DNA from: a virus
Taxonomy: Duplodnaviria > Caudoviricetes
Direction: 5' to 3' (one strand)
Virus record (IMG/VR): IMGVR_UViG_2881966637_000002
Location: 31,846-95,845 of that record
Length of the DNA: 64,000 nt
Shown here: in pieces, positions 9,616 to 19,846 of the stretch
How the letters are laid out: every line of letters starts with the position of its first letter
How positions within the stretch are numbered: position 1 is the first letter of the stretch
The notes under the pieces: model-generated
What the model was told of the DNA's origin: nothing
Seen by the model: only the letters and a program-made list of their open reading frames with translations
The model's database searches: none
Translations under genes and position numbers: made by a program

Positions 9616-12600
9616 TTATGCCCCCAATGCGTAGGCCCGTTCCCGAACCCGACGCCGTAACGCGGCTCTGGTCGCGGCCGTTTCGCTGGCCTGCTGAATC
9701 TGGTTCTCGGTCAACGCGTCGTACAGTGGAGCGTTCTGCTCAAAAATTCGCCTGTTCTCGGCGTTCTGCAACGTAGCCGATACCAGGCCCGCTCCGATTT
9801 GCTGACGGGCCGCATCCCGGTTGATACCTTCCCGCTGGATCGCGCTTTCCATTGCCGCCGTCTGACCTGTAACGGCCCCAAACAACGCAAAGTTACGTTC
9901 GCGACGGGCATTATCCTCGGCCAGCACCTGCTGAGTCGCGTTGTTGCGCTGCAAGCCGATGTTGGTCAACCCCGCCAGCGTAACACCGGGCGATGCCCCA
10001 CCCCCGGTCAGCCGGCTTAGTGTGTTGACGCCCTCGGCGTAGTTATTGGCGATGTTGGTGTTGGCGGTTGCCCGCTCGATAGCACTGAGCCCGGTTCCTT
10101 TTCGGTTCGTCACCTCACCGACGTAATCCATCCATCGGTCGGGTACGGTGGGCATGGCTACCGGTTTGGACGCCAACGATACGCCCGTAGCGATGCGGGC
10201 CGCGTCACCAACACTGTTGAGTAATGTACCCGCCTTTCCTTTCTTTGTCGCGGCACTACCTGTTTCGTCACTACCCGTTTGAGACGTACGGCGACCCAGT
10301 TCTGCATTCAGGCCAGCAATTTGCGTCGCGAACGGATTGGCCGCATTGTCCAGGATCGACATAACCCGCTCGTTGGTAACGGACGGTGAGGTGATCGGGG
10401 CCGGGGTTTTTATAGCCGTCCGGGGGTCGGTCAGGGAAATGGTCTGGCCCGGCTGTAGCTGGTCGGGATTGCCAATGCCGTTGTTCCGCATCAGGTCCAG
10501 GGTCAGCAAGCCGGTACGGGCCGCAATATTGTCCAGGGTATCGCCGGGCTGCACCGTGTACTGACCAGCGACCGCTGTTACCGGTGGCATGGTCGCGGGA
10601 TCGGTCGTAACCGTGGCGTAGGTACCCGTCATTTTTCGCGTTGTCGTCTTTTGGCTCGTTGCTTTGGGAGCCGGTTTACGTTTGGCCGGTCCACCGGTAG
10701 CGTACATAGGTAAGCCGGCCGGCACGAAGTCGCGACCCGGCGCACCAAACGCCCCGATCTGACCCATTGAGGCCCGGTACTGGCTGGACAGTTCGTTGCC
10801 GCGCTGGGCCGCAACCTGACGGTAGGCGATCCGGCGTGGCCGGCTGAACAGACGGGCAAAGAAGCCTAAGTTTGGCTGCTCCACCTGCGGAAACATTGTT
10901 TCAATCCGGAACGGGGCCGGTAACGGTGGGGGCACCAGGCCACCCCCGGCAAACAGCTTGCTGCCATCGACCGGCTGCTCGCTGAGCTGTTCAAACAGCA
11001 ACGCGCCGAGCGCATATTTCTTTTGTCGGGGACTGACCTCGCTCGTCATGATATGGCCTGCTGACAGGGTTTTGTCCTGGGGTAAAATGTATTCGCCAAT
11101 CCGCATTTCGCCAAACTTTTCTCCGGTGCCTTTGACCGAAATGATCAGATCCTCGGTCGGGTCGTTTTTGCCGTACACCTTGTAGTCTTTCGGCCGGGGT
11201 ACGGAGCCCGCTACTCCCCCGTACTTATACAGGATAGCCGGACCACCGGCCGCATAGGTCCGGGGTGGCGTTATGCGCTTGCCCGTTTTAGGGTCGTAGT
11301 ATATTCGCCCTTTTATTTCATAGGGCTTGCCAACAAAGTTCTCAACTTTGATTTTCGACCAATCCTGGCCCGGTATAAGCTGTGGTTCCAAATCCCACCA
11401 GTCCCGATAGTTGATATAGTTGCCATTGGCATCTTTCCCTTTGGCAACCGTATAGTTGCCCATAACCTCCCCTATATCATAGTTAACCCAACGATCTTCA
11501 CCGTCTACGTTTCGATAATCGGCCGCTTTATATTCTACCGGGCCGTTCGGCGTTTTGATGTCCTGTCCAGCTCGTAGCTTGTTGACGTCCACCCGAAGGG
11601 CGGACCGCAGTATATCTTTCTCAATGTCGTTGTGAAGCCGGTATCCGCCCCCTGCCGTTGGTCGCAGCGCATCCCCTTGTGGCTTCATACCCAAATAAAC
11701 CCGCCAGGCGTCATTTTTATTGAGTACCGATTTTTCTCCGATCGGTGCGTTGCTGGCTAGTTCAGCTTGCAAGTACCCGTCATACTCTTTTCTGGCATCG
11801 CCGGTTTGCTTGGTAAAATCGTACCCTACAGGATTTACGAATTTATACGCCAGCTTTTCAGCCAGGCCGGGCGTAAAGGGTTTATTGGCATCTTCCCGTT
11901 GAGCCGCTGACACCCGTTGCTGGTGGTGACGCATGGAGGTAGTCAGATCCAGGGTGCCAGCCAGTTCGGTTACCAGTTTAGGCGCGTCGAGCAAGGCGTT
12001 TTTCGCCCGATTCAGTGACCAGCCTGGCTTGATCGGTCCGCCCGTAGCGTAGCTGAAGTAAGACGTTGCTTTGGGTCGTTTGACGCCAAACAACAAATTA
12101 TCCATCGCACCCAGATACGAGGGCTGTTCGGTCAGGGTAATAGCCCCGGCTGCACCGGGCAACGCCGGCAGGGCGGAGTTCATAGCCGTGCTTGTACCCA
12201 GTTGCGCCGGGGCATTGGGCGTAACGGCTGGCGGGGTTGGCACGGGTGTTTTGTCCGCTGTACCGTTGGGTATAAAGTTAGCTGCCAGCCCGCCGACCTG
12301 CGACCCTATGGCTGACAGCCCGACTCCCTGCGCCATCGCGTTTTCCGCGTTTTCGTAGCTGTCGGTAAAGCCTTCACCCGGCATGTTCAGATCGAGTTGC
12401 CGATTCACCACCGCCCGGCCCAGCTCACCCCCGGCCTGTCCCAACCCCTGAATGCCGGTCACCGCCCCCACCACGCTGCCGGCTGCGGACGTAATGGCGG
12501 GTAGCGCGGTGGACACGACCTTACCAAAACCGGTCAGTTTGCCATACCGGTTGAAATACATATTACCGCCACCGTACACCGGAGGCCGGTAGTAGGCGGT

Positions 12601-12630
12601 GCTGGGCAGGGTGGTGTCGTACAGTGCCAT
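9616..12630 (-). CDS. Putative virion cargo/ejection protein with LysM domain and repeated [YF]xxGG motifs
   Basis: LysM YTVQPGDTLDNIAARTGLLTLDLMRNNGIGNPDQLQPGQTISL; G/A-rich hydrophobic N-terminus; YATGGP x2, YAAGGP, YKYGG, FAGGG. Confidence 0.7.
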   Translation of the reverse strand: MALYDTTLPSTAYYRPPVYGGGNMYFNRYGKLTGFGKVVSTALPAITSAAGSVVGAVTGIQGLGQAGGELGRAVVNRQLDLNMPGEGFTDSYENAENAMAQGVGLSAIGSQVGGLAANFIPNGTADKTPVPTPPAVTPNAPAQLGTSTAMNSALPALPGAAGAITLTEQPSYLGAMDNLLFGVKRPKATSYFSYATGGPIKPGWSLNRAKNALLDAPKLVTELAGTLDLTTSMRHHQQRVSAAQREDANKPFTPGLAEKLAYKFVNPVGYDFTKQTGDARKEYDGYLQAELASNAPIGEKSVLNKNDAWRVYLGMKPQGDALRPTAGGGYRLHNDIEKDILRSALRVDVNKLRAGQDIKTPNGPVEYKAADYRNVDGEDRWVNYDIGEVMGNYTVAKGKDANGNYINYRDWWDLEPQLIPGQDWSKIKVENFVGKPYEIKGRIYYDPKTGKRITPPRTYAAGGPAILYKYGGVAGSVPRPKDYKVYGKNDPTEDLIISVKGTGEKFGEMRIGEYILPQDKTLSAGHIMTSEVSPRQKKYALGALLFEQLSEQPVDGSKLFAGGGLVPPPLPAPFRIETMFPQVEQPNLGFFARLFSRPRRIAYRQVAAQRGNELSSQYRASMGQIGAFGAPGRDFVPAGLPMYATGGPAKRKPAPKATSQKTTTRKMTGTYATVTTDPATMPPVTAVAGQYTVQPGDTLDNIAARTGLLTLDLMRNNGIGNPDQLQPGQTISLTDPRTAIKTPAPITSPSVTNERVMSILDNAANPFATQIAGLNAELGRRTSQTGSDETGSAATKKGKAGTLLNSVGDAARIATGVSLASKPVAMPTVPDRWMDYVGEVTNRKGTGLSAIERATANTNIANNYAEGVNTLSRLTGGGASPGVTLAGLTNIGLQRNNATQQVLAEDNARRERNFALFGAVTGQTAAMESAIQREGINRDAARQQIGAGLVSATLQNAENRRIFEQNAPLYDALTENQIQQASETAATRAALRRRVRERAYALGA

Positions 12631-13010
12631 TATGGTCGGAATGCTAAGTAGATACAGAGGGAGTTGATCAGCACATGAAACGCGTTGTCAATAATGATCA
12701 TGAGCCATACCGACATCCAAACTGGCTTGTCCGCGTCGTAGCCCATATTTGTGCTTGACCAGTTCCAGTTCACGAGCTTGATCCAGTACACGGCCAGCCG
12801 GTAGCGGTCGATGAGTACGTGACTACCCCACACAATCAACCACCAGCCCGACCAGCAAACCAGCAGGAACGGCAGCGCATATATCGTTGCGTGCAAAGCA
12901 GCCACCAGCAGCGACCTTGTTTTTTCTCTAGCCATAAAGTCATTTTGCAGTAGGTAGTCCCCCACAAAATGAAGCAGCAGGCCGATGTACAAGGCAAGTT
13001 CCAGTGTCAT
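12630..13010 (-). CDS. DUF3307-like membrane protein
   Basis: HFVGDYLLQ...H..IY...SHVLID...DNAFH His pattern with multiple TM helices. Confidence 0.75.
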   Translation of the reverse strand: MTLELALYIGLLLHFVGDYLLQNDFMAREKTRSLLVAALHATIYALPFLLVCWSGWWLIVWGSHVLIDRYRLAVYWIKLVNWNWSSTNMGYDADKPVWMSVWLMIIIDNAFHVLINSLCIYLAFRP

Positions 13011-13132
13011 GGTTTGGTCGGGTCTGTGGGTAACTGAGTAGATTTGCCGTTGTCGCGTCGAGCTACCCAGTAAATGAATCCGGTCAGCAACAGAATGATG
13101 CCAATACTATATACAATGTTGAACACAAGCAT
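13007..13132 (-). CDS. Small single-TM protein (41 aa)
   Basis: MLVFNIVYSIGIILLLTGFIYWVARRDNGK...; TGA overlaps next ATG (ATGA). Confidence 0.6.
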   Translation of the reverse strand: MLVFNIVYSIGIILLLTGFIYWVARRDNGKSTQLPTDPTKP

Positions 13133-13161
13133 AAAAATAGTGTATTAATATGTTTTTTCAC

Positions 13162-16100
13162 TTATCTAAATACGGTTGAAAACGCGACCAGCACCACCTG
13201 CTTGTTCTCGGCATCGTTACCGATCTCAATTTCCACCGTCATATAGTCGTCCCGGAGTCGCTGTTTGGTGCCCGACCAGTCTACTTCGTGCATGGCGTAG
13301 CGCAGCGCATTCTGAAAGAACCGGAACCGCTCGTCATTCGCCGGAAACAGCGTATGCACCTGCGCTGGTCCGCCGTCCGGCGTCCAGTGGGTGATCCGGG
13401 TGATTTTCCGCCAGCTATCGGCACTGATATTAATCTGGCCGGCGTCGAACGTTTTTTTCTGGTTGGGATAAGGATTGACAATGAACCTGACCACGGACGG
13501 GTAGAACGTGCCGAAGTACTGACCGAACGGCCCCCGGTCCATCGCCCATAACGTGTTAGGCTGGCTTCGGGCCGACGCCAGCAGCAGCCGGCCGCGATTG
13601 ACAAACCGGCTATAATCGCCGTCCTTGATCTCGACAAACGAACTCATAGCCGTGCTGTACACAGCGGTGAACGTGGGTATGCCCGGTTTGTAAAACGAGA
13701 ACAGGATTTCCTCGTTGTCGCGGTTGGTACCGGCCACGCACTGCCAGTTCCGCAAGCTGTCGATCCCGGCACCGGCCAGTTCATACGTCAGGCGTTTAAG
13801 CTGATCACTGAACAGCTCACTCGCACTCAGACTGTCGAGCCCTCCGGTATACCGCAGCAACGCCCCCATCCGGGCATCCCACGCCCCCACCTGCCCATTG
13901 CTGGACCAGACGGATTCGGGGTGCTGGGTACCGAACTCGGTGCTGATCGTGATCATCCGGTTGAACACGGCTCCGGAATCCGTTTCGATCACGCCGGCAT
14001 CGGTCGTCTGGTAGCTCAGCGGGTCGAGCGGCAATATACCGACGCCCCGTTCCTGCCAGCACAGGAGCCCCCGGCCCTGACCCCGTTGCAACTTGACAAT
14101 CGCGCCCAAACTGCCATTGGCCTGGCCCGCGTCGCCCGGTAGCCGGCTGCGCCAGGCGTCAATAAACTGGCCGGGTTGTTTGGGTGGCGTCCAGCTAAAG
14201 CCGGCCGGGTCGTTGGTCACGGCCAGAAAGTCGCGGGGCATGACCGCGTAAGGATTGACCCTGGTGTCCACGGTCAACGCTTTGTTGTAGTTCCAGTCCT
14301 CGGGCTGATCCGGATTAATCCCGTTTTGAAACTGCTCTCCTTCCTCCCGGCACGTGGTCCGTTCGGGCCGGAACGCGTTGCGGGCCAGCGTTCGGCCGGG
14401 TCGCAACGCGAGGTTGTATTTGGATTCAACCGGAACAACGTGTCCAATGCCGTAATCGCTTTGCCGGCAGCTATCGGAATAAAAGGGGTAAATGCGGGCG
14501 AAATCAAACAGCGTGACGTACGCCGGTCCGCCCCAGACCTCAATGTCGTTAAACTCGAAAAATTGACCCGCAGCGGTTTCCACCGGTTTGGCCATACCGA
14601 GTAACGACTCGGTGATGGGCTGAAAGTGGCCGCAGGGGTAGTACGGTTCTATGGACGACTGCGCATCGACCGGCTGGGTCGTGCGCTGGATGTAGTTGAC
14701 GATCCGGAACGTGCCGGGGTTCTCTTGGGAGCCGGCGTCTATACTGGTCCAGTCCGCCGTTTTTACAATCACGGCGTTTCGCTGCAACAGCCCGTCGCCG
14801 TAGATATAGAGTCCGCCCGCGCCCGACCACTGCGGGTGGGTCTGGGTTTCGATCTTCAGGTTCAGGTTGTTTTTGTCCAGCTCTTTGTAGGTGGTGTTGA
14901 AGCCATCGCTGTGCAGTTTGGCCAGCGTCAGCCTCGTCTCACTGCCCAGGCGCGGCCGGCCGCGCGCGAGCAGCGTAGGGAGCCAGGATAGGTTCGTTGC
15001 GGTCCGGTACGACTTTGTATAACCGTGGGTGACGTGGGTTTTGTCAGGCAGGGCCCGGCTGTAGCCGTCCAGCGCAATTACGTTGCTGGAGTACGCCCGC
15101 GATACGATGCCGACGTGGTGGAGCACATCGCCCTCCTCCAGTTCTTTGAGTCCACCTTCGATCAGCACATCCGGGCTGTGGTAGGTCAGGTAGTAGGGCT
15201 GGCTGCGGGTTTCGCGCCAGTCGCCTTCATTGGGTGTCGTGCAGGGCGTAGGCCAGGGGTAGCTGTGGCGGTTCTGCCCATCGAAATCGGTGGAGAACCA
15301 GTTCAGGTAAGGCAGGGGAAACGGCTTTTCCGACCGGCCCGAATCCAGCTTACATTCGTCGGTGCGACAAACCGGAAACACGACGCCCTGGTGCAGCAGC
15401 CGGGGAACGCGCTGCCGCTTCACGATCATAAAGCCGCTCACGTTCAGTTTGCCCTCGCTGTCGTACAAATCGGCCACCGGTAGCCGGAGCCCGGAGATCA
15501 ATACACCCATCGGCACCAGCTCATAAATACCGGCCGGGCTGAGTTTGGTCAGTGCGTAGTGGTCGGTTTCGCCAGCCGGCCCTTCGTCGTACAACTGGGG
15601 AAAGGTGAAGGCGGGTAGCGGGGTGACGAACATCGGCTGGCCCAGCCGGTCGAACAGCAATACGCCGAACTCCTCGGTTTCGCCCCGGAAGTACGAGCCG
15701 TGCAGCCACTCCCAGACTTGGCCTTTGTCGTTGAGGTAGTCGTTGGTAACGGTGTAGGTTTCGGTCAGGCCGTTGAACGTTTTACGCACCACACTACCCA
15801 GCGTCACGGTTGACGAATTGGTCAGCGGGTTGCCATCGGGCTTGCCTGACGTCGGATTGGCAACGGGCCGGAAGGTGGGCTCTTTGACCTCATCCAGCAC
15901 ACATCGTTTCAGGAAGGGCTGAAAGCGGACGGCCGACGCATTCATAGTAATCGGCGGGAGCCGCAGCAAGTCGCCCTCCACCAGCCGGTTGTTTTCCGGG
16001 GCCAGGGTACCAACGCGCAGCACCGTTTCGTGCCGCTGGTTCAGTTCGGCTACCGTGATTTCGTCTCCGCTGTTATCAACGATCTCCACCGTTATCGCCG

Positions 16101-17088
16101 TGCTGCCTGACAACGCCGGGGTGATGGTTATGGGTGGCAGGGTCCGGATTGAGGTGGGTAAGCCTTCCGTTTCGTAGTACAGAACGGCGACAACCACCCG
16201 CTCCCAGCGGACATCGACCCGGCTGAGCTCCCAGCGCAAACTTTCCTGGGTTACGACGCCTGACGCGCCCATGACCCGGTTGTGGTGCGAGAGCCGAACG
16301 CCGGTCGTCGGGATCTGGCTGGGGAATCTGTCGAAGCCCAGCACGTCCAGCTTTTCGCTGGTGACAAACACGCGCCGGGTCACGGGCGTGAACGCGGACC
16401 GTACGCCGTCCCGCGACTCGTAGGCTATCGCGATTTGATACGTGCCGGATAGTAGCTTGCCAATACCCCGGCCCAGGAGCTTAATGGTAGGAAAAACGAC
16501 GTCCGGCCGTTCCCGGAATCCGTGAGCCGACCAGGACGACGGGTACGGGGTGGTGGTCGGTGCATGGCGCAGGTTCAGCACATGCTTCGTGCCGCGCCGG
16601 TTCGTCCAGTACACGCGCTCTACCGACTCGTTCTCGTACGCAATTTCAATGTCAAAGGTGTCGGTCGTTCGCCAGCCCAGCCGCTCGGGAGCCGCGCTGC
16701 CCCGCTTGGACCAGGGCTGGTTCTTGGCGTGCGGATCATTGTCGTCACTGTACAGGACGCGAAAGGCACCCGTAACCACGGCTCCGTTCACCTCACTATC
16801 GTAGTCCCAGAAGCCGACGATACTGGTCGTGTTGTTGGTCAGGAATAGCACGTTGCCGCGCTGCGCTTCGGCGTCGCCAACGATGTGGTAGCCTTGCGTC
16901 AGGGTTAAGGTGAGTAGATTGCCGGGGCTGTTGGCCAGGGACAGGCTTTTCCCATCGGACGTATCGCTGCGATTCCGGTTGTACAGAGTCCGTACGTTCC
17001 GGCCGTAGCGATACGTCCCTTGCTGTTGCAGGTGTGCATCCACATCCTGCTTCATGCCGCCAGAAAAAACCTGTGTGTGCGTAGGCAT
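13162..17088 (-). CDS. Tail stabilisation/muzzle protein (crAss muzzle or P22 gp10-like)
   Basis: 1308 aa; N-terminal FSGGMKQD...Y..GRNVR pattern; beta-rich; C-terminal FGTQHPESV, FIVNP...KTFD, RLRDDY; downstream of ring genes. Confidence 0.7.
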   Translation of the reverse strand: MPTHTQVFSGGMKQDVDAHLQQQGTYRYGRNVRTLYNRNRSDTSDGKSLSLANSPGNLLTLTLTQGYHIVGDAEAQRGNVLFLTNNTTSIVGFWDYDSEVNGAVVTGAFRVLYSDDNDPHAKNQPWSKRGSAAPERLGWRTTDTFDIEIAYENESVERVYWTNRRGTKHVLNLRHAPTTTPYPSSWSAHGFRERPDVVFPTIKLLGRGIGKLLSGTYQIAIAYESRDGVRSAFTPVTRRVFVTSEKLDVLGFDRFPSQIPTTGVRLSHHNRVMGASGVVTQESLRWELSRVDVRWERVVVAVLYYETEGLPTSIRTLPPITITPALSGSTAITVEIVDNSGDEITVAELNQRHETVLRVGTLAPENNRLVEGDLLRLPPITMNASAVRFQPFLKRCVLDEVKEPTFRPVANPTSGKPDGNPLTNSSTVTLGSVVRKTFNGLTETYTVTNDYLNDKGQVWEWLHGSYFRGETEEFGVLLFDRLGQPMFVTPLPAFTFPQLYDEGPAGETDHYALTKLSPAGIYELVPMGVLISGLRLPVADLYDSEGKLNVSGFMIVKRQRVPRLLHQGVVFPVCRTDECKLDSGRSEKPFPLPYLNWFSTDFDGQNRHSYPWPTPCTTPNEGDWRETRSQPYYLTYHSPDVLIEGGLKELEEGDVLHHVGIVSRAYSSNVIALDGYSRALPDKTHVTHGYTKSYRTATNLSWLPTLLARGRPRLGSETRLTLAKLHSDGFNTTYKELDKNNLNLKIETQTHPQWSGAGGLYIYGDGLLQRNAVIVKTADWTSIDAGSQENPGTFRIVNYIQRTTQPVDAQSSIEPYYPCGHFQPITESLLGMAKPVETAAGQFFEFNDIEVWGGPAYVTLFDFARIYPFYSDSCRQSDYGIGHVVPVESKYNLALRPGRTLARNAFRPERTTCREEGEQFQNGINPDQPEDWNYNKALTVDTRVNPYAVMPRDFLAVTNDPAGFSWTPPKQPGQFIDAWRSRLPGDAGQANGSLGAIVKLQRGQGRGLLCWQERGVGILPLDPLSYQTTDAGVIETDSGAVFNRMITISTEFGTQHPESVWSSNGQVGAWDARMGALLRYTGGLDSLSASELFSDQLKRLTYELAGAGIDSLRNWQCVAGTNRDNEEILFSFYKPGIPTFTAVYSTAMSSFVEIKDGDYSRFVNRGRLLLASARSQPNTLWAMDRGPFGQYFGTFYPSVVRFIVNPYPNQKKTFDAGQINISADSWRKITRITHWTPDGGPAQVHTLFPANDERFRFFQNALRYAMHEVDWSGTKQRLRDDYMTVEIEIGNDAENKQVVLVAFSTVFR

Positions 17089-17582
17089 TAGACTCTTGAT
17101 TCCTTGTAACCAACCACGTTTTCATCCAACCAAACCTCCACCTCTGGCCAGACCAGATCCGGATTGCCATTCGCCACTTTGTCCTCGACAAATTTGCGAA
17201 TCAACGCCCCGATCTCGGTAAGTTGTGCCAATCGGTCACTCACAACCGGACGTAGTCCGGCAGGCCCATTGCTGCCGGGTGCTGGTCCCTGGTGCGCTTC
17301 GTCTGCCGAGTTTTGTTCGTCTGCCGGTGGATCGGTGATTGGTGGCGCAGTATCCGTACTTTCCGCAACAGCCGGCGTCTGTGGCTCGATACCCGTTTCC
17401 GTTGTTTCGGGAGCAGGCGGTGTCACGGCTTCGGGTGCGGTGTCCTGGGGCTTCGCAGACTCGGTAGCGGGCGACTTGCTTTGTTCCGGTACGCCGGCAT
17501 CGGTTTTCTCGGGCGGGGTCTGGGTAGACGCATGGGCATTGTTTCGTTTAGCCATTGGTTTTTTTGGTTTGTGGTTCAACAT
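17088..17582 (-). CDS. Hypothetical protein, low-complexity P/T/E/A-rich (start may be 17555)
   Basis: Coupled to the muzzle gene (TAATG). Confidence 0.6.
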   Translation of the reverse strand: MLNHKPKKPMAKRNNAHASTQTPPEKTDAGVPEQSKSPATESAKPQDTAPEAVTPPAPETTETGIEPQTPAVAESTDTAPPITDPPADEQNSADEAHQGPAPGSNGPAGLRPVVSDRLAQLTEIGALIRKFVEDKVANGNPDLVWPEVEVWLDENVVGYKESRV

Positions 17583-17925
17583 TCTTTTCCCAGATCGCTA
17601 CCCAGTCGGCTTTGATCTCTTTGCCGTTCAGGGTGCGGTACCGCTGGAAGCGGGTTTCGTACATCCGCCCGTCCGGCATCGCGATAGCGTATACATCAGG
17701 GATCACGGCCTGCACACGACTGGCTATTTGCTGAGCGGAGAGCGCACGGGCGTCAAAGGCAAAGGTTTGTTTCTGGCCGAAGCCTCTCTCACCATTGCCG
17801 CCCGGCCGGTCCACAATAATGATCGTGGTAAACGTGGGCGGTGGGTTATGGGCAATGGAACGAACAACGAAGGGCGTAGCTAATAGTATGCCCATGCAGC
17901 GAATAAGGATTTGTTTGCGGTTCAC
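17548..17925 (-). CDS. Hypothetical protein with N-terminal hydrophobic segment
   Basis: Fills the gap in the operon, co-oriented. Confidence 0.45.
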   Translation of the reverse strand: MNRKQILIRCMGILLATPFVVRSIAHNPPPTFTTIIIVDRPGGNGERGFGQKQTFAFDARALSAQQIASRVQAVIPDVYAIAMPDGRMYETRFQRYRTLNGKEIKADWVAIWEKNVEPQTKKTNG

Positions 17926-17942
17926 GGCGGTACTGTTTTGGG

Positions 17943-18560
17943 TTAGTAGAAAAAACGGTCGTTGGTCTGGTTACGAATAAAGCCGCTGGCCTGCCGTTCG
18001 GTACGGCGGGTCGCGGCTGTTTCGCGGTTGAGCTCGGCCCTGGTCTGGGCAATTAGTGTATCGGCGTTTTGCTGCACCCGGTAGCGGTCGTTGTAGCGGG
18101 GGTGAAGCGGGTGGCTTTCCAACAGTTTGCCTAACACAAACTCGTAGCAGGCGGCATAAGCCTCCCTATGGATCAGGGCTTGCCCCCGTTCATCCTTCAG
18201 CAAGCCAATGTAGCGAACGTAAAGGTCGCCGGCCGGGTAGTTGGGTAGTTGCAGCCCTACCGGCGTCCGTTTGAAAGCGAGTAACGCTTTGGGGTACATT
18301 TCGGTCGTGACTTCGTAGCCGGCCCATTGCTGCCCGTCCAGGCTCAAATCCTCGACCTTCAGCACGTAGCTGGGGGTGGTAAGCGTGTGTTGCGCCACGG
18401 GCATTTTTTCCGTGAACTCACTCGCGATCAGGTCATAGCCAATGTTTCGGAACACGGTGCGCATATGATCGTTGACCCGAAAGCGGAAGCGTTCGATGTT
18501 GGGGAAGTTGAACTCCTCCGTCAGATCAGACAGCAAATCATCCAGTACCCGCGTTTCCAT
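17943..18560 (-). CDS. Putative tail ring/adaptor protein
   Basis: 205 aa between portal and muzzle; GDLYVRYIGLLKDERGQALI resembles crAss-like ring proteins. Confidence 0.55.
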   Translation of the reverse strand: METRVLDDLLSDLTEEFNFPNIERFRFRVNDHMRTVFRNIGYDLIASEFTEKMPVAQHTLTTPSYVLKVEDLSLDGQQWAGYEVTTEMYPKALLAFKRTPVGLQLPNYPAGDLYVRYIGLLKDERGQALIHREAYAACYEFVLGKLLESHPLHPRYNDRYRVQQNADTLIAQTRAELNRETAATRRTERQASGFIRNQTNDRFFY

Positions 18561-18577
18561 GTTTTTAATATTCTATT

Positions 18578-19156
18578 TTAGATTTCCCAAGACACGATTA
18601 TGCTACCGGTCTGCCCAGGGTTATAGTTCGGCTGAAACTCGGAAACCTTGTAGCGTTCTTTGCGTAAACGAGCTAACAGTTCAGTAGAAAATCCGTGCCT
18701 GGAGTCAAACTTTTTAATCAAGCAACCTTGTTTAGCCGCCTGTTGAATGCCGGCGAAAACTTCAGCAAATTCTTGATCGTCCTTTTCTTTCGCTACCCGA
18801 GCCCTTAATGCTATAGTTTTTGCCTGTTCGGCCGACAACACTATAGTACCATATCCTTTCTCGTTCTTCTCAATAAACGGACTTTCAATGGTTGACGAAG
18901 GCTCTATCGGAGTAAAAATTACGCCCGCATCTGCGTTTTTTTCCTTAGCACTATCTGCCGCGAAACAGGCAGCAATTTTACCCAATGCTCCCGTAACCAA
19001 GTTGGCATCTTCCCGACTGTCAAGCACAACATATAGCTCAACAGATTTCGCATTGTCCGGAAGTGGAACATTCTCAATACGATGCACCTGGTCGCTTGTA
19101 ATATCTGAATACAGCCAGCCGTCGTGGCAGAATGATCTTATTTTTAGCTTACTCAT
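18578..19156 (-). CDS. Hypothetical protein, AT-richer insertion in the structural operon
   Basis: 192 aa ORF with visibly lower GC than its flanks. Confidence 0.6.
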   Translation of the reverse strand: MSKLKIRSFCHDGWLYSDITSDQVHRIENVPLPDNAKSVELYVVLDSREDANLVTGALGKIAACFAADSAKEKNADAGVIFTPIEPSSTIESPFIEKNEKGYGTIVLSAEQAKTIALRARVAKEKDDQEFAEVFAGIQQAAKQGCLIKKFDSRHGFSTELLARLRKERYKVSEFQPNYNPGQTGSIIVSWEI

Positions 19157-19167
19157 CTTTAGTTGGG

Positions 19168-19845
19168 TTATGGTTGGTTTATGGGCGTTTCAGTGCCCTC
19201 ATTCTTTTTGTCGGCTCGTTGCCAGGTCGCGACGTTACCACCGCGCAGGCGCATTTCGGCCCGTTCCTTGATCACGGCCCGGTTGTTCTCCCACTGCCAC
19301 GGTCCTTCCCAGTACGCCGGATCATTGCGATCCAGCCCTTCCCACGGGTTTTCCATCGCCCCGGTAACGCTCAGCTCATCGACCGCCACCAGTTGCGTCG
19401 TGGTATACACGAATAAGCTGTTGCCCTCCACGCAATAAGTCGAGACGTTGTTGCGCCTGGACACAACGGGTAGCTGCCACCGCTGAGCGACCGGCACCAG
19501 CGAGGCTCCGCAGCACGACACATTGGTGATGTAGGGCGTGCCGTTCCACGATAAGAAGGTGGGGATCGGTGCAGAGCGAACATTGGTGTCGCAACTCGCG
19601 CACTCGTCTCCGGACAGGGTGACGGTACGGGTCGTTATACGCCACGGCGCGATCTGCTGACCCAGTTGCAGCGTCCGGGCATCGTCTTTCACCCGTAACG
19701 CTGTCTGTTGCGCGATCAGCTCGGGTTCGATCTGATAAATCGTGATATTGCTATCATCGACCGGACCACTGCCGTACAGCGCATTCAGCACCTCGTAGGC
19801 GCAGGCCCGCAGACTGTCCGGGTGTATAACGACCTCGTTTTCCAT
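19168..19845 (-). CDS. Putative tail ring/tubular protein (crAss ring-like)
   Basis: C..CD...RSAPIPTFL and VTGAMENPWE patterns; size and position. Confidence 0.6.
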   Translation of the reverse strand: MENEVVIHPDSLRACAYEVLNALYGSGPVDDSNITIYQIEPELIAQQTALRVKDDARTLQLGQQIAPWRITTRTVTLSGDECASCDTNVRSAPIPTFLSWNGTPYITNVSCCGASLVPVAQRWQLPVVSRRNNVSTYCVEGNSLFVYTTTQLVAVDELSVTGAMENPWEGLDRNDPAYWEGPWQWENNRAVIKERAEMRLRGGNVATWQRADKKNEGTETPINQP

Positions 19846-19846
19846 C

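Noticed and set aside
17164-17883. 239-aa plus-strand ORF
   Set aside because: Antisense to low-complexity genes within the minus-strand operon
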